A stretch of DNA of 64,000 nt from Octopus sinensis. Taxonomy: Eukaryota. Location: the NCBI RefSeq assembly GCF_006345805.1, contig NC_043001.1:123256001-123320000 (forward strand), written 5' to 3'. Positions within the stretch are counted from its first letter, which is position 1. Every line of letters begins with the position of its first letter. A program made the position numbers and the translations under genes. This document shows, piece after piece, positions 1 through 12,059 of the stretch. The notes under the pieces were generated by a model that did no database searches, was not told where the DNA came from, and saw only the letters and a list, made by a program, of their open reading frames with translations.

Positions 1-329
1 AGGAACATTAAGTTAAACAGATGTATCATTAAAATTACCTTAAGCAGCTAGAAATATACAAACCTACTTAATCGAAAACCAATCATATATTAGCGTATTA
101 AGTGGCGCGCATGTGTGAACGCGGATAGATCTTCCTGATGTAGTAATATTAATTAATTAACATGGTATTATATTACAAGAATTTCTATCCAAATTGGCTA
201 ATACTCTGACTTGTTTCACTCACAGCCAACTCCCTGGAGGATATTGAGACATTAGTGTTATCGCTGTTACCGACCTTTTCACACAACTCTTAGAATTGCT
301 AACTAGGGTTTCTATTGTATGTATGAGTG

Positions 330-360
<31 letters not shown>

Positions 361-1091
361 TGTGTGTGTATGTGTGCTGTGTGTGTATGTGTATGCACGA
401 GCGTGTGTCTGTATACATTCATGTACATATAGATGAGAACGCGTATATACTTGTTTGTGTGAATAAATAATATATGTATGCATGTACTATGTGTGTATGT
501 ATGTATATATACATATGCATGCGCAAATGTATGCGTATAAACATACTTATATATGCATATATACCACATACACACATATATCTATATATATTTATATCTA
601 TACTCATACACACACATATATAACAACGAGCACGCATTCACACACTCATATACTAATATAAATTTAAATGTATATATTCATTATGTATTAATGTATATAT
701 ATATATATATATATACAGGCACACACACATACATATATATATATATAAGTATATATATACACATACATACATATATATTCATATATATATATATATGTAT
801 ATACATACAGTCACAAGTTTGCCCAAACATATATATATGTATACATAAATATACGTACTCACAGCCGTATACATATATGTGTGTATATGCATATATATAT
901 ATATATCTATATATATTATGTGTGTGTGATATATTTATATATGTAATTATATATATGTGTATATATGTACATATATATATATGTACATGATATATATATA
1001 TATATATATATATATGTAATTATATATACATGTATATATATGTATATATATACACAATTATATATATATATATAATATATGTATATATATG

Positions 1092-1310
1092 TAAGCGAGA
1101 AAGAAGCAACAAGAATGGATAGGTTTTTAGTACAATCGTTTCATACAAGGACAGGCTTTATTAAAAGTTGTAAAAATTACAGCATATAAACGTGTCCCGT
1201 ACTCATCAGCTAAAATACATGTGAGCTCTCTAGACATCCTAGTGGTTGAGGCTATACTCATGAAGTAATGTAGATAATTAAGTAACATAAACAGATTTCC
1301 AAAGTTCATA
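1092..1310 (-). mobile_element. About 220-bp hammerhead-bearing element between (TA)n tracts (Penelope pLTR-derived / retrozyme-like)
   Basis: Non-repetitive island bounded on both sides by TA-rich microsatellite and containing the hammerhead. The GAAACGATTGTA segment recurs on the minus strand at 36860-36871. Confidence 0.55.
1125..1215 (-). ncRNA. Type I hammerhead ribozyme motif (complete core)
   Basis: Minus strand reads ttttag-CTGATGA-gtacgggaca...tgtccttgtat-GAAAC-gatt-GTA-ctaaaa. Stem I ttttag/ctaaaa is 6 bp. Stem II has about 10 bp with one bulge and is extendable. Stem III is AC/GT with a 4-nt loop. GUA cleavage triplet, predicted cut between 1131 and 1130. Confidence 0.8.
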
Positions 1311-2015
1311 TATGTATATATGTATACACACATATAAGTTTAGATGTATATCGTATCTATCTTACTTTTCTTTCCTGCCATTTTCCGATTCTTTGCATGT
1401 CTTCCGTCTGTGCCTACGTACATGCATAAGCATACATATAAATAGAAGATAACGATATGTAGACATCTCAAAAAAGAAAAAAAAAATGGGTTAATTAATA
1501 TATTTCAGTGTGTGTGTGTGAGTGTGTGTGTGTGTGTGAGTGTGAGCGCATTTGTATATGTGTGAGTGGGCGTGTTTGTGTTTGTGTATGTGTATGTGTG
1601 CGGCTGTGTGTGCAATCTGCTCATTAGAGAAGACGATCAGTTCAAATGCCAGACGGCCAACATCTAGCTGATTGAAAGGCTGCGGTTTGATCGATTCTCT
1701 TGTATTCTCAATAGAACCATCAAGAACTTCTACATCAGCAACATCAATGGCATCGTCAAAAATGCGTCCCTCACCTACATCACCACCGACAGCGCCGACG
1801 GCACCAACACCAATACCAACAGTATTTACATCCTATCCACCTTATCCCCATCAACCATCTCCTCTGCATTATCATCATCATGATTGTCATTATCAACCAA
1901 CATCAGCACCAGCGCCACCACGACCAACACGAGCACCAGCACCAGCATTGCCACCGCCCACCACTCACCACCACCACCACCACCGCCACCGCCATCACCA
2001 CCACCACCACCACCA

Positions 2016-2069
<54 letters not shown>

Positions 2070-2528
2070 AAACGTTAGAAACAACAGAAAGAACAGACGA
2101 AGTAAAAGTAAAAAAAAGAAAAAAAGACAATGCAATAATATAAGTTATTCTGAACGATAAAATGATTTCTAAGATAGACCAGCACAATTTTTTTTATCAA
2201 ATTGGTGGAATCGTTAGAGCATCGGATAGAACACCTTGTGGTATTCATACTAGATTTCTCCGCTCAGAGTTCAGATCCCAATGAGGTCAACTTTGCATTT
2301 CGTTCTTTCGAAGTGGTTAAATAAAATGGAAGTTAAGGGTGACAGATTGGCAAAATTATTAGCGCGTCTGACAGGATGTATTGTAGAATATGTTCCAGGT
2401 CTTTGTGTAATTAGTTCAAATCCCACTTAGGTGTCGATGGCCTAGTTTAATCACCGGCCACTGAAGGGTCCCTTCAAACAGGCATTTGATCAACGGCATG
2501 TTAAAGTTTTATCAACAGCAGCTGAGGT

Positions 2529-2720
2529 GGAGGCGCAATGGCCCAGTAGTTAGGGCAGCGGACTCGCGATCGTAAGAACGCGGTTTCGATTCCCAGACTG
2601 GGCATTGTGAGTGTTTATTGAGCAAAAACACCTAAGCTCCACGAGGCTCCGGCGGGTGGAGAGGAGGTTAAACCCGCTGTACTCTGTCACCACAACTTTC
2701 TCTCACTTTCTTCCTACTTA
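2529..2720 (+). mobile_element. tRNA-derived SINE, family C (5' part)
   Basis: Head ggaggcgcaatggcccagtagttagggcagcgg...gtttcgattccc with A/B boxes; homologous to the 4603-4975 copy. Confidence 0.85.
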
Positions 2721-2854
2721 TGCCATAAAGCAGAGGAACCATGGTGTAACCCACTATGGTGTGTTAAACTTTCAGACGCTATTCTACATTACGAATCCTC
2801 TGTACCCCAGGATGGTTCAGCTCTCCACCCGTTAAAAGCCACCGTTTACATCGT

Positions 2855-2977
2855 AGCTTTCATCCTTCGATAAATTAAGTACCAGTTACGCACTGGAGTC
2901 GATGTAATCGACTTAATACCTATGTCTGTCCTCGTTTCTCCCTTCTATGTTTAGCCCCCTGTGGGTAATAAAGAAAT
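2855..2977 (+). mobile_element. SINE family A, 3' fragment
   Basis: ctttcatcc...gataaattaagtaccagttacgcactgg...gtgggtaataaagaaata matches the other family A copies. Confidence 0.85.
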
Positions 2978-3833
2978 AGATGTATTGAGATTTCATCCAG
3001 CAATAGATCGGAAACAACTGAATAGAATGGAAGGGTCTATTACATCCAGCATAGGTAAGTAGGCAACGGAATTGTGACATTTCATCCAACTATAAATGGA
3101 AAACTTCCGAACGAAGTGGAAGAACTTATTACATTCATCCTGGTACCTGACTGGTATCTTGTTTTAATGGGGCTGAAGATGATATAAAACAATGTCAAGT
3201 TTGTTAGTACTTTATCATTTCTCTCGTTATTAAATCAACAAAAACAACAATTATGTCTCCGCTAAAGTAAGAGGTAAGAAATCCTCCTTCGATTTCAATG
3301 ATAAGCACTCAGTTGTTCGATTCAAATGAATTCCTAGTCGTGAAACTAACGTGCAAGTGGCTGAGTATTCCACTGATATGTTTACTTAAACGTAATTCTC
3401 AGGCAGAATCAGAGTGACACGTCATGACAAGGACAAAGCTTTGAGTTACAGGAACAATCCAGAAAGAGAGAGAGATAAACGGAAGGAGAGACTGATGGAA
3501 GAATCGACCCACGTTTTTCGTTTCCTCGACCCCGAAAAGGGTCGATAAATATAGTACGAATCTAAGCAGTTTATTTACCTTTTGTCTCCCCAGCATTAAC
3601 ACTTACAACCTTATTTCTTACTCTCCTCCTTGTTAAACATTCTGACTAATTCCTCCTAAACGCTTTGACTAATTCTTGTCATCTTTTGGGATTGTACCCC
3701 CACCTCATTTTCTCTTATTAGATATTAACTCAGTCGTATCATTTATTGGAGTCTATTTGCAGACAGATGGAAGACAAAGCTTGTCAGAATTTATTGTTAT
3801 AGTCATTGACCCTTATTAACAGCAGTAAAATAT

Positions 3834-4035
3834 TGGTTTCAAATTTTGGCACAGAACCAGCAGTTTCGAGTGAAGAGTAAAATCGATTATATCGACACCA
3901 ATGCGCAACTGGTACTTATTTTATTGACTCCGTAAAGATGAAAGGCAAAGTCGACGTCGGCAGCATTTGAATTCAAAACGTAAAGTTGGAAGGATTTTTT
4001 ATGGTGCATTAATGATTCCGCCAGATCACCGCCTC
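3834..4035 (-). mobile_element. SINE family A with 16-bp TSD
   Basis: Family A sequence flanked by direct repeat aacagcagtaaaatat (3818-3833 and 4036-4051). Confidence 0.9.
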
Positions 4036-4513
4036 AACAGCAGTAAAATATCATTAATAACATATATACTTTCATGCATTGATGTTTATATCTAAAAGCA
4101 AAAGATGAGAAATGAAGAAAAGAATAAAGAGATGAAAAAGAAGGCAGTTAGGTAGACAGAAGAAGCAAATTAAGGACAAGAAGAAAAAAACCAAAAGCTA
4201 CGGAAAGCAACAAGGATGTCTTCGAACCAACGAGGGAATTTCTACATAGAATTCTTGGTCTACTAGAAACAACAGCTAACTCTTCCATAAAATATAACCT
4301 AACATATATAAAGGAAAAACGAAAGACAGTACATTCGTAAATGTAGTTGCTGCTATAGAAAAAGACAGGTTGTCACGACTGTAATATCTTTGGTCACATG
4401 CCGGGTTGTGTCATGGCTACCCTTGGACCTAACATATCAAAAGTGTCAAAAAATATTCTCTAGATTTACTTCAATAATTCTTCCATGAATGCTTTTTGCC
4501 TTAGTATGCTTAC

Positions 4514-4563
4514 ACGTGTACGGGTATTTATGTATTTCTTATTCTTCAGAAAGTTAACTATGA
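4514..4563 (-). CDS. Candidate 50-nt micro-exon (xIVNFLKNKKYINTRTR if coding)
   Basis: Minus-strand acceptor catacattttcag and donor CGT|gtaagc; one open frame. No recognisable homology. Confidence 0.2.
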
Positions 4564-4602
4564 CTGAAAATGTATGGGGGATGGCTTTCCAAACTATGGT
4601 GG

Positions 4603-4975
4603 AAGCACTCCGTCGGTTACGACGATGAGGGTTCCGGTTGATCCGAATAGCCTGCTCGTGAAATTTACGTGTAAGTGGCTGAGCACTCCACAGACACGTG
4701 CACCCTTAACGTAGTTCTCGGGTATATTCAGCGTGACACAGAGAGTGACAAGGCCGGCCCCTTGAAATACAGGTACAACAGAAACAGGAAGTAAGGGTGA
4801 GAGAAAGTTGTGGTGAAAAAGTACAGCAGGGATCACCACCATCCCCTGCCGGAGCCTCGTGGAGCTTTTTAGGTGTTTTCGCACAATAAACACTCACAAC
4901 GCCCGGTCTGGGAATCGAAACCGCGATCCTATGACCGTGTGTCCGCTGCCCTAACCACTGGGCCATTGCGCCTCC
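4603..4975 (-). mobile_element. tRNA-derived SINE, family C (full length)
   Basis: tRNA-like head at 4975 going down (ggaggcgcaatggcccagtggttagggcagcgg...gtttcgattcccag) with complete body and tail ending gtaaccgacggagtgc. Confidence 0.9.
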
Positions 4976-5230
4976 GGCTTTCCAAACTATATATAATGCC
5001 ACCATTATATCGCAATTAACTGAAGAAAGGAGTCGTACAGAATCTTTTCTTCATTTAATGTTCATTGTTTTTAGTTAATGATACAGTATTAATACATATA
5101 CATATACACATACATTTACGTACATTCATATGTGTGTGTGTGCGCGTGTGCACGTGGTATATATAAGTGTTTATACACACACACATATAATGCTAACAAT
5201 TTTAAAGTTTACTTGTATGTATGTATATAT

Positions 5231-6705
5231 GTATAACCATCTCTTGAATACCGTTGATGATAGTTCGACAAGGGGTGTCAGTAGAGTAAAAGAGCAACGT
5301 CGACAACTAAAACATACGGAATTGACGCACAGCTTTGTTTCTTTTTAATGGCACTTAAAAGATGACAGATAATAAGAGATATTTCTGCAGTTAGATAGAT
5401 CGCTAGACTAATGTATGTATGTATGTATGTAGTATGTATGTAAGTATGGACTTCTGAATTTTCAGCATTAAGTTTAAAAATAGCAACGCTATTCTTAATT
5501 TAATAGTTATCAACACAAAGGGAGCAATCTGGTACAACCATTAGTACGCATTTCACCAATCCTTACGTTCTGAGTTCAAATTTCGACGAGGTCAACTTTG
5601 CTTTTATCTTTTTAGAGTCGATAAAATTAGTACCAGTTGAGCACTGGGGTATATGTAACCGACTTAACCCCTCCCTCAAAATTGGTGGTTTTGTGTCAAA
5701 ATGCGAAACCAATATCTATCACATATATTTTCACTAGCTATTTATAAATATATTTCAAATGACGTCTCCAAATGTTTTAAACCCACACGCATGTGAGAAA
5801 TAATACAAATCACTATTGCTTATATGAGAAAACAATGATATTAAAATAAATCTGAGAGTGAAAAAAGTCTAAGATTCAAACAACAATAGACCCATAGGTC
5901 TAAACTGAAAAAGGTAGTTTCACTCACACACCAAATGATCAAACATAGTAGAATTACATTATTTTTTTGACTAACCCAAACATGAAAGAATTACTTTATA
6001 TATTGTACTGGCATCCACCCACACACGAGGAAGAAACTCTTTGAGGCTTGTAAACATTTCCCAATAGGTAATTTACAACAAATGTAGTGGTATTGTGCCA
6101 CATCGATGAAGATCGATGAAGAGTGAAAGAAAACTTCGACACTTTATTATATACCACGCTATCACGAAATAAACGAAAAGGAAATAAAACAATTTTTTTG
6201 TGTTCCTTAAGGGCTAAAACAATTCTTCCACGATCTAATGTTGTTAATGCATTATTAATAATAATCGTTTATTACTTTGGCACAAGGCACACACTTTCAT
6301 GAAAAAAGTGGTTAATTCAATGGAAATCAGTACATCTCTCGTTGTAGATTTATTGACCCAAGTTGAAAGTCGACTCAGATGGAATTTGATCGGAAAGCGT
6401 AAAAGTAAGGTAAACTTGCTAGAAATACCAGTTGAGTTTCCTTCTGTTTATGCTCTACTATCTATTAAATTCGGTATATCGCATACTGTAGTCCAAGTAC
6501 AAGTTACAGTATTTGCAAAACAGTAATGGTATAACCATCTCTAGAATACAATTGATGATAGTTCGATAAGGAGTGTCAGTAGAGTAAAAGAGCAACGTCA
6601 ACAACTAAAACATACGGAATTGAAGCACAGCTTTGTTTCTTTTTAACGGCACTTAAAAGATGACAGATAATAAGAGATATTTTTGCAGTTAGATAGACTA
6701 ATGTA
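5231..6705 (+). repeat. Local direct duplication of about 180 bp (5231-5415 and 6529-6705)
   Basis: gtataaccatctc...gatgatagttcga...agagtaaaagagcaacgtc...ttaaaagatgacagataataagagatattt...ttagatag is present twice at roughly 90% identity by eye. Confidence 0.9.
5541..5715 (+). mobile_element. SINE family A (diverged)
   Basis: ttacgttctgagttcaaattt...gaggtcaactttgc...gtcgataaaattagtaccagttgagcactgggg. Confidence 0.8.
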
Positions 6706-6978
6706 CGTAACAGTGACGACAACGACGATGATCTGAAGCACGTAGTATTTAATTTACTGCTCAAGTAAAAAAACAAGCAAAAACAGAACGTTTGAGTAGA
6801 TATAAATCGATTATCCACGAGCAGGTATTTGAAAACAATTGAGCTAATGTAGTCTGTTCCCATACGCATAAGTACTAATTAGATTTTTGTACTTATTTAC
6901 ATTAGATAAGTTAATATTAAACCAGCTTATGGTTTTCATGCGGATTTCATGTTTGACAACTAACTCTCAATCACTTAC

Positions 6979-7019
6979 TAGCATTCTCCACTTTGTCCAA
7001 AATTCCTATGGACCAAGGA
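6979..7019 (-). CDS. Candidate 41-nt micro-exon of the minus-strand host gene
   Basis: Strong acceptor tgtttctgtttttag and donor TA|gtaagt. Two open frames: SLVHRNFGQSGEC (phase 0 to 2) or PWSIGILDKVENA (phase 2 to 1). Confidence 0.45.
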
Positions 7020-8262
7020 CTAAAAACAGAAACATATAAAAAAAGTAAGAAACTATTTCGATCTCTCTTTGAAGAAGTATTTTGTCTGAAATGTCGCGAA
7101 GTCCTATCTCAACGACAAAAGAACGGTAAAAACTTACGAGTTTACTATTAATATTATTTTAACTATGATAAATTTTCACGCTTGCACGTATAGTGCACAA
7201 TATTATGTATCTTAGTAATTCTCTTATCAGAAAGGTGAAGTCAAAACCTTGCAGAAGATATATAGTAAGAGTGAAACATGAGCGGAGTTTTCTCTTGTTC
7301 TTGCTGAAATGAATTACAATCATATTTGTCACTGAGCTAATGTCCTTCCATCACTGCTTAATTATTTTTAATTACATTCTTTGTGCTCACCATATTAAAT
7401 ATGTCAACTATAATTTAATTGTTTTTCATGCTGATCACATCTCTGAAAAATTACCGTCAATGACATATATTTTCAAACATAATAATTTTCACATCTATTT
7501 GTGACAAAATTGTAACTTAACTTAATAATTCTCTCATCAGTACTTTAAAATTCTCCCTCTTTTCTCCCTACACCGATTAGATATTATTTAATGAATAAAT
7601 GTTATTCTTATTATCTGGATACTGTATCCGGATGTTACACATAAGAAAAGCAACTGTAACAATAAGTAGTAGCAGAATAGAATGTGTATAATATTAACGA
7701 GGAAGAATAAGTTGGTAACTAACTCAACGTGAAAACGAAAATAACAGAAAAAACAAAATGGCGGCGATGGTGGTTCGCAGAGCTGTCGTGTTTACGAGAC
7801 AAATAAGGAAGGTAGATAAAACCAAAAAGAGCAATAAAAAAATTAAGTAAGCAGGTTTCCAAATTTCAAACATATATAATTGTTATAAAAGAATTATGTT
7901 AAGTAAACAAGCTTACTTAAATGAGATATATTAGGAATTGCTGTGCGTGCGTGTGATAATATATGTGTGTATTCGCATTTGTATGCAGGTATGTGAAAGC
8001 GGATGTATATATATGAGGATGCACACGAGTATGTATGTACGTATGTATGGTATGTGCATGTTGTTACAGGAGTGTTGTGTATGTGTGTGCGTGCGCGCGC
8101 GCACACGTGTGTACGTATAGATACATGCATACATGTGTACATGTATGTAAGTATGCAAGAATGTATGCATGAATTTATGCAGTTTTTTATGTCACAATTT
8201 TCAGTTTAGTGTTCATTATGTGTGCGTATATATGTATGTACGTATACTTACATACATAATAC

Positions 8263-8330
<68 letters not shown>

Positions 8331-8429
8331 TAGAGATAAACATATATATATATAAATCATCTACACACAAGTAGGTATATATATATATATACATATATAT
8401 ATATACATATACATATATATATATGTATG

Positions 8430-8483
<54 letters not shown>

Positions 8484-9185
8484 TGTATACACACATACAC
8501 TCACAAATTTCGAAATATAGTGACGCATTAATATTCACATACATACATACGTTCACAAAAACACACACATAGACACACACACATTCACAAATATATATAT
8601 GGATATAATTATATTACGTTATATAAGCACACATATGCACAGCCACACACATGCTTGTGTATGTATGTGCGTATATATACGCATGTGTGAGTGAGTAGCG
8701 AGTGTTTGTAGGTGTGTTCTATAAGTGCTCACGTACCGTTATTGATTATGACTTTTGAAAACAATAGTAATTGTTTGTTATTTCTTCTCCATTTGAACAC
8801 AATAAAATAAGATAGAATAAAATAAAATATGGTAGCAAAATGAAATAAAAATAAAGAAACAAATAACATCACCCTATTATTATGGGATTTATTTTCCATT
8901 AGCACTATGAAGGAATGCGTCTTTGTTTTCTTCCAGAAAACACCCTCTTCATGATGTTGATGATGATAATGATGATGATAATGATGATGATGTTGATGAT
9001 TATGATGGTGTTGATGATAATGATGATGATGATTATTATAAAGGTAACAACAAAATTACATTACTATTATAACGTTGAAATCATCACCCTCCTACTCCTC
9101 TTCCTACTCACTACTATCATCATCATCATCATCATTATTATTGTTTTTGTAGTTATGAACTATTATTATTATTATTATTATTATT

Positions 9186-9216
<31 letters not shown>

Positions 9217-9618
9217 AGAGTGAATTTATCATTATTATTAATATTATAACAACTGGTATTACTTTTTAAAGTGAAAAAGAAAAGAATCGAATCCCTCCTC
9301 GCCCATCACCCCAAAATTACTGTTACTACTTCATATTGTTTTTTTTTATTTATCTTAACAAACACGTGAATTCCATTTTTCTCAGAGATAACAACAAAAT
9401 AATTATTCCTTGATACACGTTTGAAAGAATTTCTTTACACTGTTTCCCCCTCCACTCTCTTATCCCCACCTAATTATTCTTCTACCAACTACTACTACTA
9501 CTACACCTACTACTTCCCTTTCTTTCCCTCCATCTTTATGTAAACGCCCTCACAAATTGTAAACTATTCTTATAATGGCCCACACCCACGTCTATGACCC
9601 TGTGGCAAATAGAAAAAT

Positions 9619-9706
<88 letters not shown>

Positions 9707-10199
9707 ACACTTTCGGGGCCTTTCCCTTTGATTTTCATGCTAGTTCTCTTTATATTAATATCAAAGAATATGTCGGGCATTTCAGTCTTTGAAAAACATA
9801 CTCATTGTCTTTTCCAACAACATTTACTTCGCTACGTTATTTAGCTTCCAAGGAATTATTTCAGAGCGGTTTAATCAAATCAGTAAGTAATTTTAATCTA
9901 TTATTGTTTAACGTGTATTTTAATAATTAATGGACAAAATACAACGGAAAGAAAGAAACAAGAAAGTGAAAACAATAAAACGAAAGATTACCAGAACAAT
10001 ACAAAATCAAAATTAAAATTTGATAATCGGATTAAATTCTTTGAATTCTTACTCTCAATTTGGTTCTGAATTGTTAGTATGAATTGTTGTTCTTAGTTCT
10101 CCCAGAAATAAAAAAAAAAAACATTACAGAGCCAGAACTATATTAAAAGCTTTATATAGTGTTAAAAATTTTGTTTTTAATTTCAGAGGAATATATTAC

Positions 10200-10297
10200 C
10201 ACCCTATCATCCGACCGAGCGAAGCTCTCACCATCAATCATCATTGTTCGAGGATCGATTCTGGACGTGAATCTCAGAGTAACTTGATACAAAGTGG
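10200..10297 (-). CDS. Candidate exon, SEA-module-like start (PTLYQVTLRFTSRIDPRTMMIDGESFARSDDRV)
   Basis: GC-richer island. Weak AAG acceptor (attaattcaag) and donor GTG|gtaata. Joins the 11650-11895 exon in frame. A plus-strand acceptor (tttcag at about 10186) gives a competing interpretation. Confidence 0.4.
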
Positions 10298-10772
10298 CTT
10301 GAATTAATATATGAGAAGCGACCAAAATTGAATTATTTTTTCCTTATTCTTTTAAAGATCTGGGCATATCACAGGCGTAAGACAAAGTGGAAGTAAGAAA
10401 AACGCTGTATGTTATTGAACCTTAATACGAGGTGTAATTTTTCCATCAGCGACCCCTGTCTTAAGAATGTTTAAGTTACAGATGATATAGAAACTTGGAC
10501 CTACAGCCATATATTAAGTTCTTTTTTAATACCGTGTTTGTTGTATCACTGTGAACCTAGGATGCAGTTACAAATACACTACTGTAATATATAGTATAAT
10601 ACACAGACACAGATACACACACACACACACACATGCACACACACAATCGCTACTAATAGTCAATTCTTAATGACAACATTCTAAGTAAGGAGTAAAGGAC
10701 AAATGCAAATGTTTAAATGTTTCTCCTCCTCCTCCTCTTCCTACTACTACTACTACTACCACCACCACCACC

Positions 10773-10825
<53 letters not shown>

Positions 10826-10829
10826 CATC

Positions 10830-10860
<31 letters not shown>

Positions 10861-11215
10861 TATCGAGGACGACTACGACGACCCAGGAGCCATGAGAGGG
10901 AAACCAACTACCAGCAACATGTAAACTTCGTAAGAAAACCATGTGAACTTCCACAGCTAATATTATGAATAATTAATTTATTTCTATTTTTTAAAAAATT
11001 ATATTCCATTCTCTTGTAGTATGACTAAGTAGTCTTATAAAACCGGTAGCATATTTTGATAAAACGATGGAAACCGGTAGTATATTTTGATAAAAATGTA
11101 AATATTTTATTTCTTTTGCCCATGATAAAACTTCTAAAAGCAGTTTATCTTTTTGTTTTACACACACACATGTGCACACCACTAATACACACACGCGCGC
11201 GCGCACACGCAAATA

Positions 11216-11620
11216 TCTTTATATAAAAAAGAAAGGTTGTGTGTCTGTCTACTCCGATTTAGATTCCTAACTACTCCCACATTTTGCAATGCAGTTTAAC
11301 CAAAACCGGGTATCTTATAGTCGTGATTCATATCGAGCCCTTCTGGGTATTATCGCGCGTCTACGATGAGTCTACGATGAGTCTACGATTTAAAAAATAA
11401 TTTACCATCATTTTTTTTTCCATTTTAATGCATATTTTTTAAATAAAGGGAAGTAACTCTCTAAAAATGTCTACGATGAGTCATCGATTTAAAAAAAAAA
11501 TTACCATAATTTTTTTTCCATTTTTAATGCATTTTTTGCTATTTTTTGGCTATAACTCTCTAAAAATGCTTTATAGTTATTTCCCTTACAAACCCGGGCA
11601 ACGCCGGGCGATACTGCTAG
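11216..11620 (+). mobile_element. Non-autonomous Helitron
   Basis: Starts TC (a|tctttatataaaa) and ends with hairpin cccgggcaacgccggg followed by CTAG|t. Inserted between A and T with no TSD; internal tandem tctacgatgag repeats and a duplicated ~70-bp block. Confidence 0.85.
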
Positions 11621-11649
11621 TATAAATATATAGAATGAAAATTACTTAC

Positions 11650-11895
11650 GTTTATCATTTTTGTTTTCATTGTTGATTCCTGGTTCCAAATCGTCGCCGG
11701 AGCCTGAATGGATGGCGTCTTCAGCTTCGTCGGAATCAAGTTCGACATTTGTTTTGGGTCTAGTCATCGGTACGGTGTCATGAGAGTCACCAATTTCTGA
11801 CTCTTTCGTCCCTTCACCAACTTCGTGTAGTACATGACTGGGCGGGGCATCAAGGTCTATGAAGTCTTCGCTGGCACTTGAACTTCCTTTGTCAT
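11650..11895 (-). CDS. Internal coding exon: acidic, low-complexity ectodomain-like segment with SGSG GAG-attachment-type motif (proteoglycan-like; perlecan or syndecan candidates)
   Basis: Acceptor tttctgacttccatttcag and donor AAC|gtaagt; 246 nt, symmetric phase 1. Only one frame is open: (D)DKGSSSASEDFIDLDAPPSHVLHEVGEGTKESEIGDSHDTVPMTRPKTNVELDSDEAEDAIHSGSGDDLEPGINNENKNDK. GC well above the flanks. Confidence 0.8.
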
Positions 11896-12059
11896 CTGAA
11901 ATGGAAGTCAGAAATTCATGTGTAAAACAGGTCAGTGGTTATATACATATACACAGAAATATTCATGCATACATACACATAATATATTGAAACAAGTAAA
12001 ACAATAAAAGAATATATATATATACATATGAGGCATTATTTGTTTCTTTCGAGCTTATT

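Noticed and set aside
226-316. Possible plus-strand exon (cacag|CCAACT...CTATT|gtatgt)
   Set aside because: All three frames hit stops and there is no recognisable product; at most a non-coding exon.
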